A stretch of 64,000 nucleotides of DNA. Origin: Pirellulales bacterium. GTDB lineage: Bacteria; Planctomycetota; Planctomycetia; Pirellulales; JAICIG01. Positions within the stretch are counted from its first letter, which is position 1, and each line of letters opens with the position of its first letter. Position numbers and translations under genes: made by a program. The stretch lies in assembly GCA_040901675.1 (NCBI GenBank), contig JBBDYJ010000042.1, positions 1 to 64,000 of the forward strand. Direction: 5' to 3'. This document shows, piece after piece, positions 1 through 9,924 of this stretch. The notes under the pieces are model-generated. The model searched no databases. It was not told where the DNA came from and saw nothing but the letters and a program-made list of their open reading frames with translations.

Positions 1-22
1 CATTTGGTCTGGATAGACCGCG

Positions 23-102
23 TTCCCGGGGCGGCGCTGCGCGGCTGACGCCGCTACGCTCTGCCCACGGGCTGATATGTGGCTGCCCCTTCGGGGCGGA
101 CG
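23..102. repeat. Long palindromic intergenic repeat, copy 1 (second copy at ~23366-23482)
   Basis: Nested hairpin CCCGGGGC...GCCCACGGG followed by GCCCC-TTCG-GGGC. It aligns over ~80 bp with 23403-23482. Confidence 0.75.
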
Positions 103-262
103 CGCTGACCTGCAGCGGACACCAACGTTCTGGTGACGGTTGTGACGCCGTGATCACTGCTCACTAGCACTGCTCGGGACCCCGAAGTCTGGCGAGCGCG
201 GCTACCTCGCGGAAGATTGAAGAGGTTGTCTGATTCCTCCTTCGTCCTTCCTCCTTCTTCCT

Positions 263-1588
263 TTAGGGCACCAGGCGGGGGTTGAGCCAGTTGGCGTGGT
301 CGAGCTCGTCGGCGCGGTCGGCGAAATCGATGATCAGGCTGAGACGCTTGCCGCCGGTCACGTCGACTGAGATCGGTAGCGGAGGTTCGCCGCCGCGAAT
401 AATCGGGCTGTCGTAGCGGAGGTTCTCGTCAACGTAGACTTTGAAGACGACGCTGCCTTTGCCCTCCGTGCCGTCGTCAATGGCCAGCTCGGCCTCGAAT
501 AGGCGGTACGGCTTGTCGAGCTGGTACGTGAGCCGGGCGGCAGTGTGCATGCCGATGCCCTTGAGATAGGGCCGGCCGCCCGAGCGCAGCCGGCCGCCCA
601 GCACGTTGGCGTCGAGGCGGTAAGGCCATTGGAGGTCGAGAAATGGCAGATGGCGATAGCTTTGGGCGGGCAAGTCCGAGAGGTACTCGGCGCGGCCGCG
701 CAGCGTTTGGAGATAGACGACCGCTTCGAGAGGCACGGACAGCTCCAGGTCGCCGGAGAGAATAATCCGCAATTCGCTGAATTCGCCGACAGCGGGCGAC
801 ACCTGCGTGGCGGCCAAGAGGCTGCCGTCGCGGCAGCCGACCAGGATCCGCATGGTGGCGGCAGGCGGGGCAATGAGCGCGGGGTTGAACGCCAGGGCGG
901 TAATCCGCGTGGTCTCGATTTGCAGCGGCCCGACCGGTCCCTCGAAGGCCACGTGCTCGGCCGTGATCGCGCCGACCGTGCCGCTCAATTCGTCGCCGTT
1001 TTCGAGAATGACCAGATCGGCGTTGCCGCGGCCAGCGGGGGCCGCGAGACCTTCGGCGGCCGGTTCGGAGTTTTGAGCTGGCGTTTGGAGGCGTGCGGCC
1101 AGCTTGTCGCGGCGGAGACGGTCGGCCGGCGGATGCCAGAGGACGCCGGCGACACGCTCCAGCGGCAGTTCGATCTCCCCGAACGCCGTAAGCAGCCGCG
1201 CGCGGTCGTTGTCCGATTCGGTGATGTCGGCCACAAGCAGGCTGCCATCGGCGAGCAGCCATTGCGGTCCGCGCAAGGCTTCAACGGGAGCGCCCCAGGC
1301 CACCAGCTCGGCGGCGGCAAGACGCTCGTGCCGGTTGTCGCGGTCGAAGGTCAATAGGCCGTTGGACTGGGCACCGACCAGCGTGGCCTGGTAGGCAGGC
1401 CCCTCCAGCGGCAGCACCTTGCCGCTGGGCATCTGAGCGATGGACGGCGTAACGGCGAAGGCCGTGAGGAGGAAGGTACTCGCCAGAGTTCGGGCGTGTG
1501 CCCAGTGGATGGCGGCCCGCATTCTGGCGAATGCGGCTACGGGGAATGCGGCTGCGGCAAACGCAGTTGTTGGAAGTGAGCGAGGCAT
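263..1588 (-). CDS. Exported protein with C-terminal NPCBM/NEW2 (putative carbohydrate-binding) domain
   Basis: C-terminal YLSDL...KGIGMH...FEAELAIDD...GSVVFKVYVD...PISVDVTGGKRLSL...DHANW pattern of NPCBM. Hydrophobic N-terminal segment. The ATG directly follows the upstream TGA. Confidence 0.8.
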   Translation of the reverse strand: MPRSLPTTAFAAAAFPVAAFARMRAAIHWAHARTLASTFLLTAFAVTPSIAQMPSGKVLPLEGPAYQATLVGAQSNGLLTFDRDNRHERLAAAELVAWGAPVEALRGPQWLLADGSLLVADITESDNDRARLLTAFGEIELPLERVAGVLWHPPADRLRRDKLAARLQTPAQNSEPAAEGLAAPAGRGNADLVILENGDELSGTVGAITAEHVAFEGPVGPLQIETTRITALAFNPALIAPPAATMRILVGCRDGSLLAATQVSPAVGEFSELRIILSGDLELSVPLEAVVYLQTLRGRAEYLSDLPAQSYRHLPFLDLQWPYRLDANVLGGRLRSGGRPYLKGIGMHTAARLTYQLDKPYRLFEAELAIDDGTEGKGSVVFKVYVDENLRYDSPIIRGGEPPLPISVDVTGGKRLSLIIDFADRADELDHANWLNPRLVP

Positions 1589-2803
1589 TCAGCGTTGAAA
1601 GATGGGCAGGTAGCTGTCGGGCATTTGCAGGATAATCGCGGCCATGCTGGTGCCGTACTCCTGGCAGATCGAGTCGGGCCAGGCACCGTCGTCGCGCTGC
1701 CGCTGGAGCAGCTCGTCGCGAATCGCGGGGTACCACTTCAGCCAGTATTCGCCGCCGGCATGCCACATGGCCTGCACGGCGTAATAGTGACCGTAAAAGT
1801 AGTGGCTCTCGCGACTGATGGGGCCGCCTCGCGGCAGGTTCTGCATCAGATACTTGAGCCCCTTTTCAATTTCGGGCCCCTCGTAGATGCCGGCGCTGTA
1901 GAGGGCCACGATGCCGGCGGCGGAGCGCGGAAACTGGCTTAAACCGGCGGGCAACATGTACATGAAGCCGCCGTCGGCGTTCTGGCTGCGCTTGACGTAC
2001 TCGGTGCAGCGGTCGATCGTTTCGTGGGGCACGAACAGGCCAGCGTTGCGGGCGGCCCGCAATGCCATGACCTGGCAGATGGTAACCGAAATGTCGGCGT
2101 CGCGGCGCTGCGGCTGGTAGCGCCAGCCGCCGTCGGCATTTTGCGTGTTGACGATCAGGGCGACCGCCTTGGAAAGCTTGTCGCGCAGGTCGGCCCGCAT
2201 CGTCATGCCATAGGCCTCGGCCAAAAACAGGGCGGCAAAGCCATGGCCGTACATCGGCCCGTGCGTGCTGGAGCCGGGCACATTGATGAACCCTCCGTCC
2301 TGCGTGTTCTCCAGAACGAAGTCGACGCACCGGCTGACCTCGGCACCGTAGGGCCCTCGGCCGGGCGTGCTGCCGGCCGCCATGAAGGCCATGCCGGCCA
2401 GGCCGCAGATGGCCACGTTGCGACTGTAGCCGCCCGAGCCGAACGAGCCGTCGCTGGCTTGCTGCTGGGCGAGGAAGGCCAGCCCGCGGTCGATGGCGCG
2501 CTGGACCTGCGGCGTGAACAACTCGAGCGACACGGCCGGCTCGTCTTCCCGGAGAGGCGCCGCGGCGGCGGTCCGCGCTGCCAGCAACATGCCGGCGGCC
2601 GAGAGGCAAGAGGGGAGCGCGAGGAGGCGGCCGAGGGCGGCGCGGCGGCCGACGGGTGGGAAAGGAGGAAGGAGGAAGGCGGAAGGAGGAGGGCAGAAGG
2701 CAGAAGGACGAAGGCAGAAGGACGAAGGACGAGGGTCCGCCGGAGGCGGACTTTCAGCCCAGTCAGAAGGAGGAATGGGAGATGTGCTCGCAGTTCGATC
2801 CAT
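1589..2803 (-). CDS. Prenyltransferase/squalene-oxidase repeat (alpha/alpha barrel) protein, probably Tat-exported
   Basis: Repeated QW-like motifs QQASDGSF, TQDGGF, QNADGGWRY, QNADGGFMY and QRDDGAW. N-terminal RRAALG, hydrophobic stretch and AAAA. Start uncertain because a repeat lies in the 5' end. Confidence 0.8.
   Translation of the reverse strand: MDRTASTSPIPPSDWAESPPPADPRPSSFCLRPSAFCPPPSAFLLPPFPPVGRRAALGRLLALPSCLSAAGMLLAARTAAAAPLREDEPAVSLELFTPQVQRAIDRGLAFLAQQQASDGSFGSGGYSRNVAICGLAGMAFMAAGSTPGRGPYGAEVSRCVDFVLENTQDGGFINVPGSSTHGPMYGHGFAALFLAEAYGMTMRADLRDKLSKAVALIVNTQNADGGWRYQPQRRDADISVTICQVMALRAARNAGLFVPHETIDRCTEYVKRSQNADGGFMYMLPAGLSQFPRSAAGIVALYSAGIYEGPEIEKGLKYLMQNLPRGGPISRESHYFYGHYYAVQAMWHAGGEYWLKWYPAIRDELLQRQRDDGAWPDSICQEYGTSMAAIILQMPDSYLPIFQR
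2660..2751. repeat. Purine-rich heptamer tandem repeat (GAAGGCA/GAAGGAC-like) plus GTCCGCC-N3-GGCGGAC mini-palindrome
   Basis: Read directly from sequence; lies in frame within the 5' end of ORF 1589-2803. Confidence 0.7.
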
Positions 2804-2859
2804 GAGTGAAGTCCCTGCTTTAGGGTTGCAAGCGATCCTACGCTCCGGCGGCGGCCAGG

Positions 2860-3732
2860 TCAGTTATTCGGCTGGCCTAGTTGGCCGGCCAGCGCTTTGA
2901 AGTATTGCTCGATTTCCAGTTCATACTTGGGAAGGAACTCCTCCACCATGTACTGATCCATCTGTTGCCGCTCGCGAGCAGGCAAATGCCCCCACACGTC
3001 CTTGAGCAGAGCTTTCATCTCGGCCGGGTCGGGTTTGCGGGCCTTGTCGTTGCGAAGCCGCTCGGAGCTGTCGCGCGCGGGCTTTTGGCCAGGCTTGGAA
3101 CCGGCCGGGCGTCCGGGTTGAGGCTGGTTGCGGCTGGCGGTTTGTTGGCTTTTACCGCTGGACGAGGATTGTTGCTGCTGGCGCTTCCGCATTTCTTCGA
3201 TCAGCTTTGCCAGGTCGGCAACGATCGTGCGCTGCTTCTCCTGGATGCTGGCGTCAGATTGGGCCTGCGCGATCAGCGACTCGACCTCGCGCATCCGGCG
3301 GCTGAGCTGGCTCAAAGGATCGGCGTCGTTCGACTGGGCCGAATCGCCGGGAGCCGCCGGGTCGCCCGATTCGCCTGGCAAATCGTCGAGTCCGCCGAGG
3401 CCTTCGAGCAACTCCTCGTCGAGCGAGTCACCGGCGGCGGGCTGGGGACTGGATTTGTCCCGCGCGCGCCCGCGGTCCGCGGCATCCTGTTCGGAGGCAG
3501 CAGACTCACCGGACGGCTCGGCCGGCGCTGGCGGCTCATCGGAGGAAACCCCTTCCGGGTCGCCTTCCTCGAGGTCCCTGAGTAGCTCGTCGTCGAGCGA
3601 GTCGCCGGCGGCGGGCTGCCCGGCGTCGTCCGTCGATTGAGCCAGGACCGGCGCGGCGAAACCAGGCCGCACTGCAGCCAGCGCAGCCAGCCAGGCGAAT
3701 AGCACAGCGCAGAGGACGATACGACGAATCAT
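2860..3732 (-). CDS. Exported acidic/low-complexity hypothetical protein of the MoxR-vWA cluster
   Basis: Signal peptide MIRRIVLCAVLFAWLAALAA. Acidic DSLDDELL/DSLDEELL repeats, a coiled coil, and C-terminal WGHLP...PKYELEIEQYFKAL. Start overlaps the upstream stop (ATGA). Confidence 0.75.
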   Translation of the reverse strand: MIRRIVLCAVLFAWLAALAAVRPGFAAPVLAQSTDDAGQPAAGDSLDDELLRDLEEGDPEGVSSDEPPAPAEPSGESAASEQDAADRGRARDKSSPQPAAGDSLDEELLEGLGGLDDLPGESGDPAAPGDSAQSNDADPLSQLSRRMREVESLIAQAQSDASIQEKQRTIVADLAKLIEEMRKRQQQQSSSSGKSQQTASRNQPQPGRPAGSKPGQKPARDSSERLRNDKARKPDPAEMKALLKDVWGHLPARERQQMDQYMVEEFLPKYELEIEQYFKALAGQLGQPNN

Positions 3733-6700
3733 TTCAAGCTCTCCTCCAGTTCAAGCTCGCCCTCTATATCTCCGGGAGGCACGAGCGGCTGGTCCGGGTC
3801 GGGCTCGCCGGTTGAGGCGGGCGCGTCGGCCGGCTCGATATCGGGAAGGTCGTCCACGTCGAGCGAATCTGCCTCGGCCGGTTGCGTAAGGTTTAATAAC
3901 AGATCGGCCACCTGCCCCTGTTCTTCGCTCAAGGCCGCGTACTCCTGCCGCTGGTCCTGGGTAAGCTGCCGGCCGCGGCGGGCCTGCTCCAGGGCCTCGG
4001 TGCGCAGGTTGATGTCCTGCTGCATCAGCTTGAGCAACTTCAGCTCGGAGAGGAAGCGGATGCCGCCGGCCTGCTGCCCGCCGGGCTGCCCCTCGCCTGC
4101 CTGCCCCGGCGGCGGCTGACCGCCTTGGTTTTGCGCCTGGTTGCCCGGGGAATCGGGTTTCAGCGCGTCGATCATTTGCTCCAACCGCGCCAGGACCCGC
4201 TGCTCGGCCTGTTGGGCCGTGGTTCCCAGGTCGCGCTGGTCGAGCAAACGAGCGGCCTCGGCCATCTGTCCGGCAGTCGTTTTGAGCCCCAGGTTGAACA
4301 CCTCGGCGGCCGCGAGTTTTTCCGCCAATGCGCCGGTCTCCTGTTCCAGGGCCGCCTGCTGCTGCGCCAGATCGGCCACGCTGATCATCTGCGAGCGGGT
4401 CCATTGGCCCTGCGACTGTCGCAGCGAATCGTAATGAACCGTCTCTTCGAGCAGCCGGGCCTGCCGATCGCGGATGCCGCCCAGGCCGTCTTCGAGGCGA
4501 GCCAACTGCTCGGCGGCCAGATCGATCTGGGCCTGGCGGCGCTGGCGGCTGAGCTGCTCCTGGGCTTGCTGGAGATCCTGCTCGGCGGCGGCGGCCTGGT
4601 CGGCCGCCGAGCCGGCTTCGCCCTGTTGGCCCTGTTCGCCGGCCTGTCCCATGCGGCCGCCGGCCTGATCGGTGCTGCGGCCGGCCTGGTCGGCCTGCAA
4701 GCGCTTGAGCGCACGGGCGAACTGCTCGGCCTCGCGCATGGCCTGTTGTTGTTCACGGACCAGCCGCTCGAGCTCGCGGCGGCGCTGGGCATCGTCGGTT
4801 TTTTCGGCCGCTTCCCGCCATTTCTTGGTCAGGCCTGCCTGCTGCTGCCGAAGCTTGTCGAGCTGTTGTTCGGCCTCGGCAAGTTTCTTGACCAGCCGGG
4901 CCAGCTCATGCTCGCGGCGATTGGCGAGGATATCGAGCATCTCCTGGAGATCTTCGTCGACCTGATTCTGGCCGCCGGCGGCCTGCGCCACCTGGTTCTG
5001 TTCGAGTTGCCGGCCGGCCTCGCGCATGCCGCCGCCGACAGCGCTGCTGCGGGCCTGCTGGAGGGCATCGCTGATCGTGCCGGCTGCGAGCGGCTCGGTG
5101 GCTTCGAGCTCGGAAGCCATCTGCTGCATGCGCTCCTGGATCTTGTCGAAGCGGCGGGCCAACTCGAGCTGCCGCGCGCTGAGTTTCTTCAACTCGGCCT
5201 GCTGCCGAGGTTCCAGATCTTTGACGTCCCGCGTGAGAGTTTGCCGTCCCAGCTCGGTAGTGTCCTGGTTGAGCTGCTGCTGGTCGCGCCGCAACTGCCC
5301 GATCTCCTGATAGAAACGGCGGTAGTTGTCCCACTGCGAAAGCTCGCCGAGCAACTGCTCGAGCGACTGAATCACTGCATCCTGCTGCCGGCCGGCGGAA
5401 TCGAGCGCCTTAGCCGGGGAAGAACCGGCCGGGGGCGTTTCGGCGTCGGGCGAAGTGGGCAACTGGGCCTGGGCCTGTTTGACGGCGGCCGTGAGGTGCC
5501 GGGCGACCAACGGAAGCTGCACTTCGCCCAGACGATTCATTTCGTCCAGGAGACCTTGCATGCGCCGCTGTATGTCGGGACTGTCGACCTTGTTGTTCGC
5601 CAGATCGGCCAGGAGGCCGCGGACCTGGGAGGCCACGCCGTCGGGACCGGAGAGGGTGCGGTCCACCTGCCGCTGGGTGAGCTGGGCGGACTGCAATTGG
5701 TCGACGTCGGTTTTTTCGAGCCGGCCCAGTTGTTGGAGCTGGATCTCGATGCCAGAGACTTGCTGGCGGGCGTCTCGCTGGAGCTTGAGGACGCGGGCCA
5801 GCTCGTTGAGGATAAAGGTCTGCCGCTCGGCGAGCCGGTCGGTCAGGTCTTCGGGAGTGATGATCGACAGCCGCCGCGGATGGCTCTGGCCAACCTGGGG
5901 CCGGTAGTCGGTGGCCGTGGCATGCAGCGTCAGTTCGCTGCCCGGCGGAAGGTCCAAGGGAGCGAGGTCCCATTGCCGCTCGAGCAGGCGGCTGTCGCCC
6001 AGGAGGAGCCGTTCGCGGTCGGCATCCATCGCCGGGCTATGGCTGATGGTGGCCGGACCTTCGAACAGCGTCAGCAGCGTCTCGCCTTCATCCGAGCGGT
6101 CGCTGCGGGTGGTGTGGAGCGTGACCTTGTGGATTGCCAGGTCGTCCTTGACCGCCACGCGGAGCGGCACGACGGCGTCGGGGGTGAGAAAGACGTTGGC
6201 CGAAGGCTCGTCGACGCTGACCGTGGGGGGCAAGTCGTCGACCGCGCGCAGCTCGTAGCGGAGTTGCTGTCCGCCCGGGAAGCCTTCGCGGTCGAGCAGG
6301 TCGAACCAGTATGCGCCGGACTTGGCGACAATAAAGCCGTTTTCGGCCTCGGCCGAGAGGGAGAACGAATAGCCGTCGTCGCTGATCTTGGCCTGATACT
6401 CCGAGCCGTCGGTCCGCACCCAGGCCGATTGGAGCGGCTTGGTAGTCCGGGCCGAGATTTCGACACGCGTGCCGACCAAGGCACGGATGTGGGGGTCGGC
6501 CTCGGCGGGCGGCCAGCCGGTATAGCCGGGATAGTGCAACTTGACGCTGAGCTGCTCGACGGCGGGCGGTTCGACTACTTCCAGACTGAACCACCGCATC
6601 GAGTGGTCGTCGCCGCCGAAAGCCCGGTAGGAAAACGGACGCGTCACCTGTTCCTTGCGGGCCAGCATCTGCTTGCCGATCAAGCGCATCGGCTCGACGG

Positions 6701-7421
6701 CGGGGTCGTCGTCGGTCTGACCTTCGTAGCGGAACTGAATGAACACCTCGTCCGGCAGCCGGGCGCCGCGATCGTCGACCACTTCGACCTCGAAAGGCTG
6801 GCCCAAGGCGATGCGCTGCGGCGGCTTGACAAAGGCCAGGTGATTGGCCTTGGGCCACTGCGCGTCGCCCAGCGGGTTGGCCAACCGGGTCAGCCCGACG
6901 GTGGCCAAGGCCGGATTGAGGACAACCAGTAAGAACGCCAGGCCGCAGACCGCCAGGGCCGCCGCGGCCGAGCGGTAGGCGGGGCGTGTCTCGAAGGCCT
7001 GATCGAGGTCGAGTTGTTCGATTTCGGCGGTGGCCTGGGCGATCACCGCTCGCCGCAAGGCGGGCGATCCCGCGTAGGGATCGTGTTCACTCTGGCCGAG
7101 AAACTCGACGGTGCTGGCCAGTCGGTCGTTGAGCTGCGGGAACGTGCGCTCGACGCCCAAGGCCACGTGTAGTTGTCCCAACGGAAGGTGCAGGGCCGGC
7201 CAGACAAAGCGGACCAGGGCCCAAGCGGCCACGGCCAAGGCGGCCAGGCTGGCGATAGTCCGGACGCCGCGATCTTCGAACTGGATCAGCCAGTCGATCA
7301 GGACCAGGGCGATGACCACGGCGACCAGCATGGCCGCCAGCCTGCCCAGCGCGTGCATGAGGACCAGCCGGCGGGCTCGCCGGCGGATGCGGGCCATCCT
7401 GGCTTCGAGCGGGTGGGACAT
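3729..7421 (-). CDS. Large membrane-anchored coiled-coil protein (DUF4175-like architecture)
   Basis: Three N-terminal TM segments, beta-rich Ig-like middle region, and a long Gln/Leu-rich coiled-coil C-terminal half. Confidence 0.75.
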   Translation of the reverse strand: MSHPLEARMARIRRRARRLVLMHALGRLAAMLVAVVIALVLIDWLIQFEDRGVRTIASLAALAVAAWALVRFVWPALHLPLGQLHVALGVERTFPQLNDRLASTVEFLGQSEHDPYAGSPALRRAVIAQATAEIEQLDLDQAFETRPAYRSAAAALAVCGLAFLLVVLNPALATVGLTRLANPLGDAQWPKANHLAFVKPPQRIALGQPFEVEVVDDRGARLPDEVFIQFRYEGQTDDDPAVEPMRLIGKQMLARKEQVTRPFSYRAFGGDDHSMRWFSLEVVEPPAVEQLSVKLHYPGYTGWPPAEADPHIRALVGTRVEISARTTKPLQSAWVRTDGSEYQAKISDDGYSFSLSAEAENGFIVAKSGAYWFDLLDREGFPGGQQLRYELRAVDDLPPTVSVDEPSANVFLTPDAVVPLRVAVKDDLAIHKVTLHTTRSDRSDEGETLLTLFEGPATISHSPAMDADRERLLLGDSRLLERQWDLAPLDLPPGSELTLHATATDYRPQVGQSHPRRLSIITPEDLTDRLAERQTFILNELARVLKLQRDARQQVSGIEIQLQQLGRLEKTDVDQLQSAQLTQRQVDRTLSGPDGVASQVRGLLADLANNKVDSPDIQRRMQGLLDEMNRLGEVQLPLVARHLTAAVKQAQAQLPTSPDAETPPAGSSPAKALDSAGRQQDAVIQSLEQLLGELSQWDNYRRFYQEIGQLRRDQQQLNQDTTELGRQTLTRDVKDLEPRQQAELKKLSARQLELARRFDKIQERMQQMASELEATEPLAAGTISDALQQARSSAVGGGMREAGRQLEQNQVAQAAGGQNQVDEDLQEMLDILANRREHELARLVKKLAEAEQQLDKLRQQQAGLTKKWREAAEKTDDAQRRRELERLVREQQQAMREAEQFARALKRLQADQAGRSTDQAGGRMGQAGEQGQQGEAGSAADQAAAAEQDLQQAQEQLSRQRRQAQIDLAAEQLARLEDGLGGIRDRQARLLEETVHYDSLRQSQGQWTRSQMISVADLAQQQAALEQETGALAEKLAAAEVFNLGLKTTAGQMAEAARLLDQRDLGTTAQQAEQRVLARLEQMIDALKPDSPGNQAQNQGGQPPPGQAGEGQPGGQQAGGIRFLSELKLLKLMQQDINLRTEALEQARRGRQLTQDQRQEYAALSEEQGQVADLLLNLTQPAEADSLDVDDLPDIEPADAPASTGEPDPDQPLVPPGDIEGELELEESLK

Positions 7422-7453
7422 GCTAGTGGTCCTCTTCCTCTATATGGGCAGCG

Positions 7454-7543
7454 ACGGCACACGGAGTGTGCCTGCTACTTTATTGCCACGGCGAATTGTA
7501 CCATTTTTGGGTTGGCCACGGCACACGGAGTGTGCCTGCTACT
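7454..7543 (-). repeat. Two copies of GTAG-type REP (GTAGCA-GGCACAC-TCC-GTGTGCC-GT)
   Basis: Identical 26-mer ACGGCACACGGAGTGTGCCTGCTACT at 7454-7479 and 7518-7543. Further copies at 33294-33319 and 33363-33388. Confidence 0.85.
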
Positions 7544-9924
7544 TAGAGCATTCCCTTTCGTTTGCGCAAGAGCCATTCGGCGATGATCAAGGAAAGAAAC
7601 AGGAGCAACAGGGGCCACTTGTTCCACAAGACTACGGGCGGCAAGGCGTCGATCTTGACGGGACGCCCCTCCGGCAGGTCGCCGAGCAGGTTGGAAGCGG
7701 TGGCCAGCGTGTAGTAGCGGCCCTTGGTTTCCAGGCTGGCGCGCTTGAGCTCGCCGACGTCGAGCTCGACGCGGGCCATCTCGCCTGGGGGCGCGACGAC
7801 CTGGAAGTCGGCCCAGGGGGCATCGCCCGGCAAGTTGGGAGCGGCTATCCAGGCGTGATAGCGGCCGTCGGCCAGGCGCGGCAGCGCGCCCTCGAAGACG
7901 CCGCGGTTGCCGGCAACGCGCCTGAGGTCCAGGCGGCGGGTCGTGTCGCCTTCGCGCTGAACCACCACGGTGACTCCATCGTCGGCGACCGGGGCCTGGC
8001 GTTCGTCGAAAAACCGGACGCGCAAGCGGGCCGACTCGCCGCGGCGGTATTCGCGCCGGTCGGCGGTGAGCTCGGCCGAGCGGTCCTTGCCCAGAAGCTT
8101 CGATCGGCTGAGATAGCGGATTGACTGCACCCAGTAGCGGGCAAAGTAGACCTCGCCCTGCCCGATCCGCCAGCGGGACGTTTCCTCCGTGGCGTGGAAC
8201 AGCACCTTGCCGGCGCCCACGTAGTGCATCACGAAGATCGGCAGCGGCTTGCCCTCGGCGCTCATCCGCAAGGGGTGCACGGCCAGCACACGGGCGGCCG
8301 GTTTCAAGCTGGGGGCCTCGAAGTACCAATACAATGGGGAGAGATTCTGCCAGACCGATGGGTTGTCGCGGGGGTCGTCGGCCAGTTGCATGTTGGGGCT
8401 GGCCAGGCCCAGATCGGTCGGCTGCGGCTGGTACGGGTCGTTGATCAGCGCGCCGGGGTCGGGGCCGGCGGCGTTGTTGAAGTCGATGGGCAGCAGGCCG
8501 GCCAGCGGCGAATCGCGGTATTCGATCGGCGTATAGAGCGGGCCGGCGACGACGATCATGCCGCCCCCCTTTTCGACGACGAAGGCCCGCAGATTGTCGA
8601 TGGCCGACGCGCTGAGGAAGGCGGGATTCACGTCGCCGAAAATCACCACGTCGTACTCGAACAGCTCCTCGCGGCGGGCGGGAAACACGCGGAGCGCCGA
8701 TTCGTCAAGCTCGGCATATTCCAGGTCGGCTTCCTGCAGCACCGACGAAAGCTGGATGGTGCTGTCGCGTTCGAGCATCGTCTTCAAGTAGCGGAACTCG
8801 TAATTCGGATAGGACTGTAACAACAGCACGCGGATCCGCTCCTTGCGGACGCTCAAGCGCCGAAGCTGGCGGTTGTTGTCGGCGCGCAGCTCCTCGGGCA
8901 GCGTTTCGACCTCGATCACGTAATCGAAGTCGCCCACTTCCATCGGCCGGTACGGCAGACGCAGCCGCTGCGGCTCGCCGTCCGGGCCCGTGCGGACCAG
9001 GAGCTCGGCCAGCGGCGCGCCTCCCTCCTGCCGGCGCAGCACGACTCTGACCTGGCGGCCTTCCAATCCATGGGCGGTGAGCTTGAACTCGAAGTTGACC
9101 ACGTCCTCGACGAACACCACTTCGTCGACCAAGAGGTCGCCCAGCTCGAGGTCGCGGGTGGGTGTCTCGCTGCCCAACGCGACGGTGAAAAGAGGCACTT
9201 GCTTGCGGCGGGCGTCCAGCGCGGCCTCGGCCAGCGTGGGCCCGTCGGTGGTAATGCCGTCGCTCAAAAGCACGATCGCGGTGGGAGGAGTGCCACGGAG
9301 GTCGTCGAGCACGGCCGCGACCCCCTGGCCCAGGCGGCTGCTGGCCCCGGTGGCGTCCAGGGCCCGGAGCGACTCGATCAACTCTTCGGCGCTGCCCGAT
9401 TGGGCGCGGGCGTCGGCCGACAGATAATAGACCTTGAGCTTGTAACGTTGGTCGATGGCCCGCAAGAATGCGCCCCGGCGGGCCAGCAACACGCTCTTCG
9501 CCAGATTGAGCCGGGTGCCGTCGGTCAGGGCCGCCTCCTTCAATCGCTCATCAATCAGCGCCCGCAGCTTTTCGTCGTCGTAACGGTCGGCGATTCCCAT
9601 GCTGGCCGAGTCGTCGACGATCACGACCACGTAGGGCAGGCCGGTGCGGTGCAATGAGACCACGAAGCCGGCCACCATGAACAGCACAATGCCGACCAGT
9701 GCCAGCCGAATGCCGGTCAGCGCCGCGCGATAGCCCTTGCCGGCCGTGCCGATTTCGCGCAAATAGCAGGCGATAATCCAAGCCACCGCGGCGGCGCCCA
9801 CCAGCAGAGTCGCCCAAGGCGCGAAGTCCCAGCCGTGGTCCAGGGCCCAGGCCGTGCCCTCGCCCGAGCCGGCCTCGGGGACGCCCAGCCATCGCTCCAA
9901 CCAGTTTGGAACCGTTCCGGTCAT
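7543..9924 (-). CDS. Membrane protein with vWA domain and class I glutamine-amidotransferase-like domain
   Basis: MIDAS DDSASM, LLSDG, later YDVVIFGDV...FVVEKGGGMIVVAG, and a C-terminal TM (EWLLRKRKGML). Start placed at MTGTVP, overlapping the upstream TGA (ATGA). Confidence 0.8.
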   Translation of the reverse strand: MTGTVPNWLERWLGVPEAGSGEGTAWALDHGWDFAPWATLLVGAAAVAWIIACYLREIGTAGKGYRAALTGIRLALVGIVLFMVAGFVVSLHRTGLPYVVVIVDDSASMGIADRYDDEKLRALIDERLKEAALTDGTRLNLAKSVLLARRGAFLRAIDQRYKLKVYYLSADARAQSGSAEELIESLRALDATGASSRLGQGVAAVLDDLRGTPPTAIVLLSDGITTDGPTLAEAALDARRKQVPLFTVALGSETPTRDLELGDLLVDEVVFVEDVVNFEFKLTAHGLEGRQVRVVLRRQEGGAPLAELLVRTGPDGEPQRLRLPYRPMEVGDFDYVIEVETLPEELRADNNRQLRRLSVRKERIRVLLLQSYPNYEFRYLKTMLERDSTIQLSSVLQEADLEYAELDESALRVFPARREELFEYDVVIFGDVNPAFLSASAIDNLRAFVVEKGGGMIVVAGPLYTPIEYRDSPLAGLLPIDFNNAAGPDPGALINDPYQPQPTDLGLASPNMQLADDPRDNPSVWQNLSPLYWYFEAPSLKPAARVLAVHPLRMSAEGKPLPIFVMHYVGAGKVLFHATEETSRWRIGQGEVYFARYWVQSIRYLSRSKLLGKDRSAELTADRREYRRGESARLRVRFFDERQAPVADDGVTVVVQREGDTTRRLDLRRVAGNRGVFEGALPRLADGRYHAWIAAPNLPGDAPWADFQVVAPPGEMARVELDVGELKRASLETKGRYYTLATASNLLGDLPEGRPVKIDALPPVVLWNKWPLLLLFLSLIIAEWLLRKRKGML

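Noticed and set aside
1589..2803. Squalene-hopene cyclase / terpene biosynthesis gene
   Set aside because: Only one barrel, no DXDD motif and an export-like signal; the fold repeat alone does not support cyclase activity.
4125..6932. 935-aa plus-strand ORF
   Set aside because: Antisense shadow of the coiled-coil gene, typical of high-GC codon bias; no motifs.
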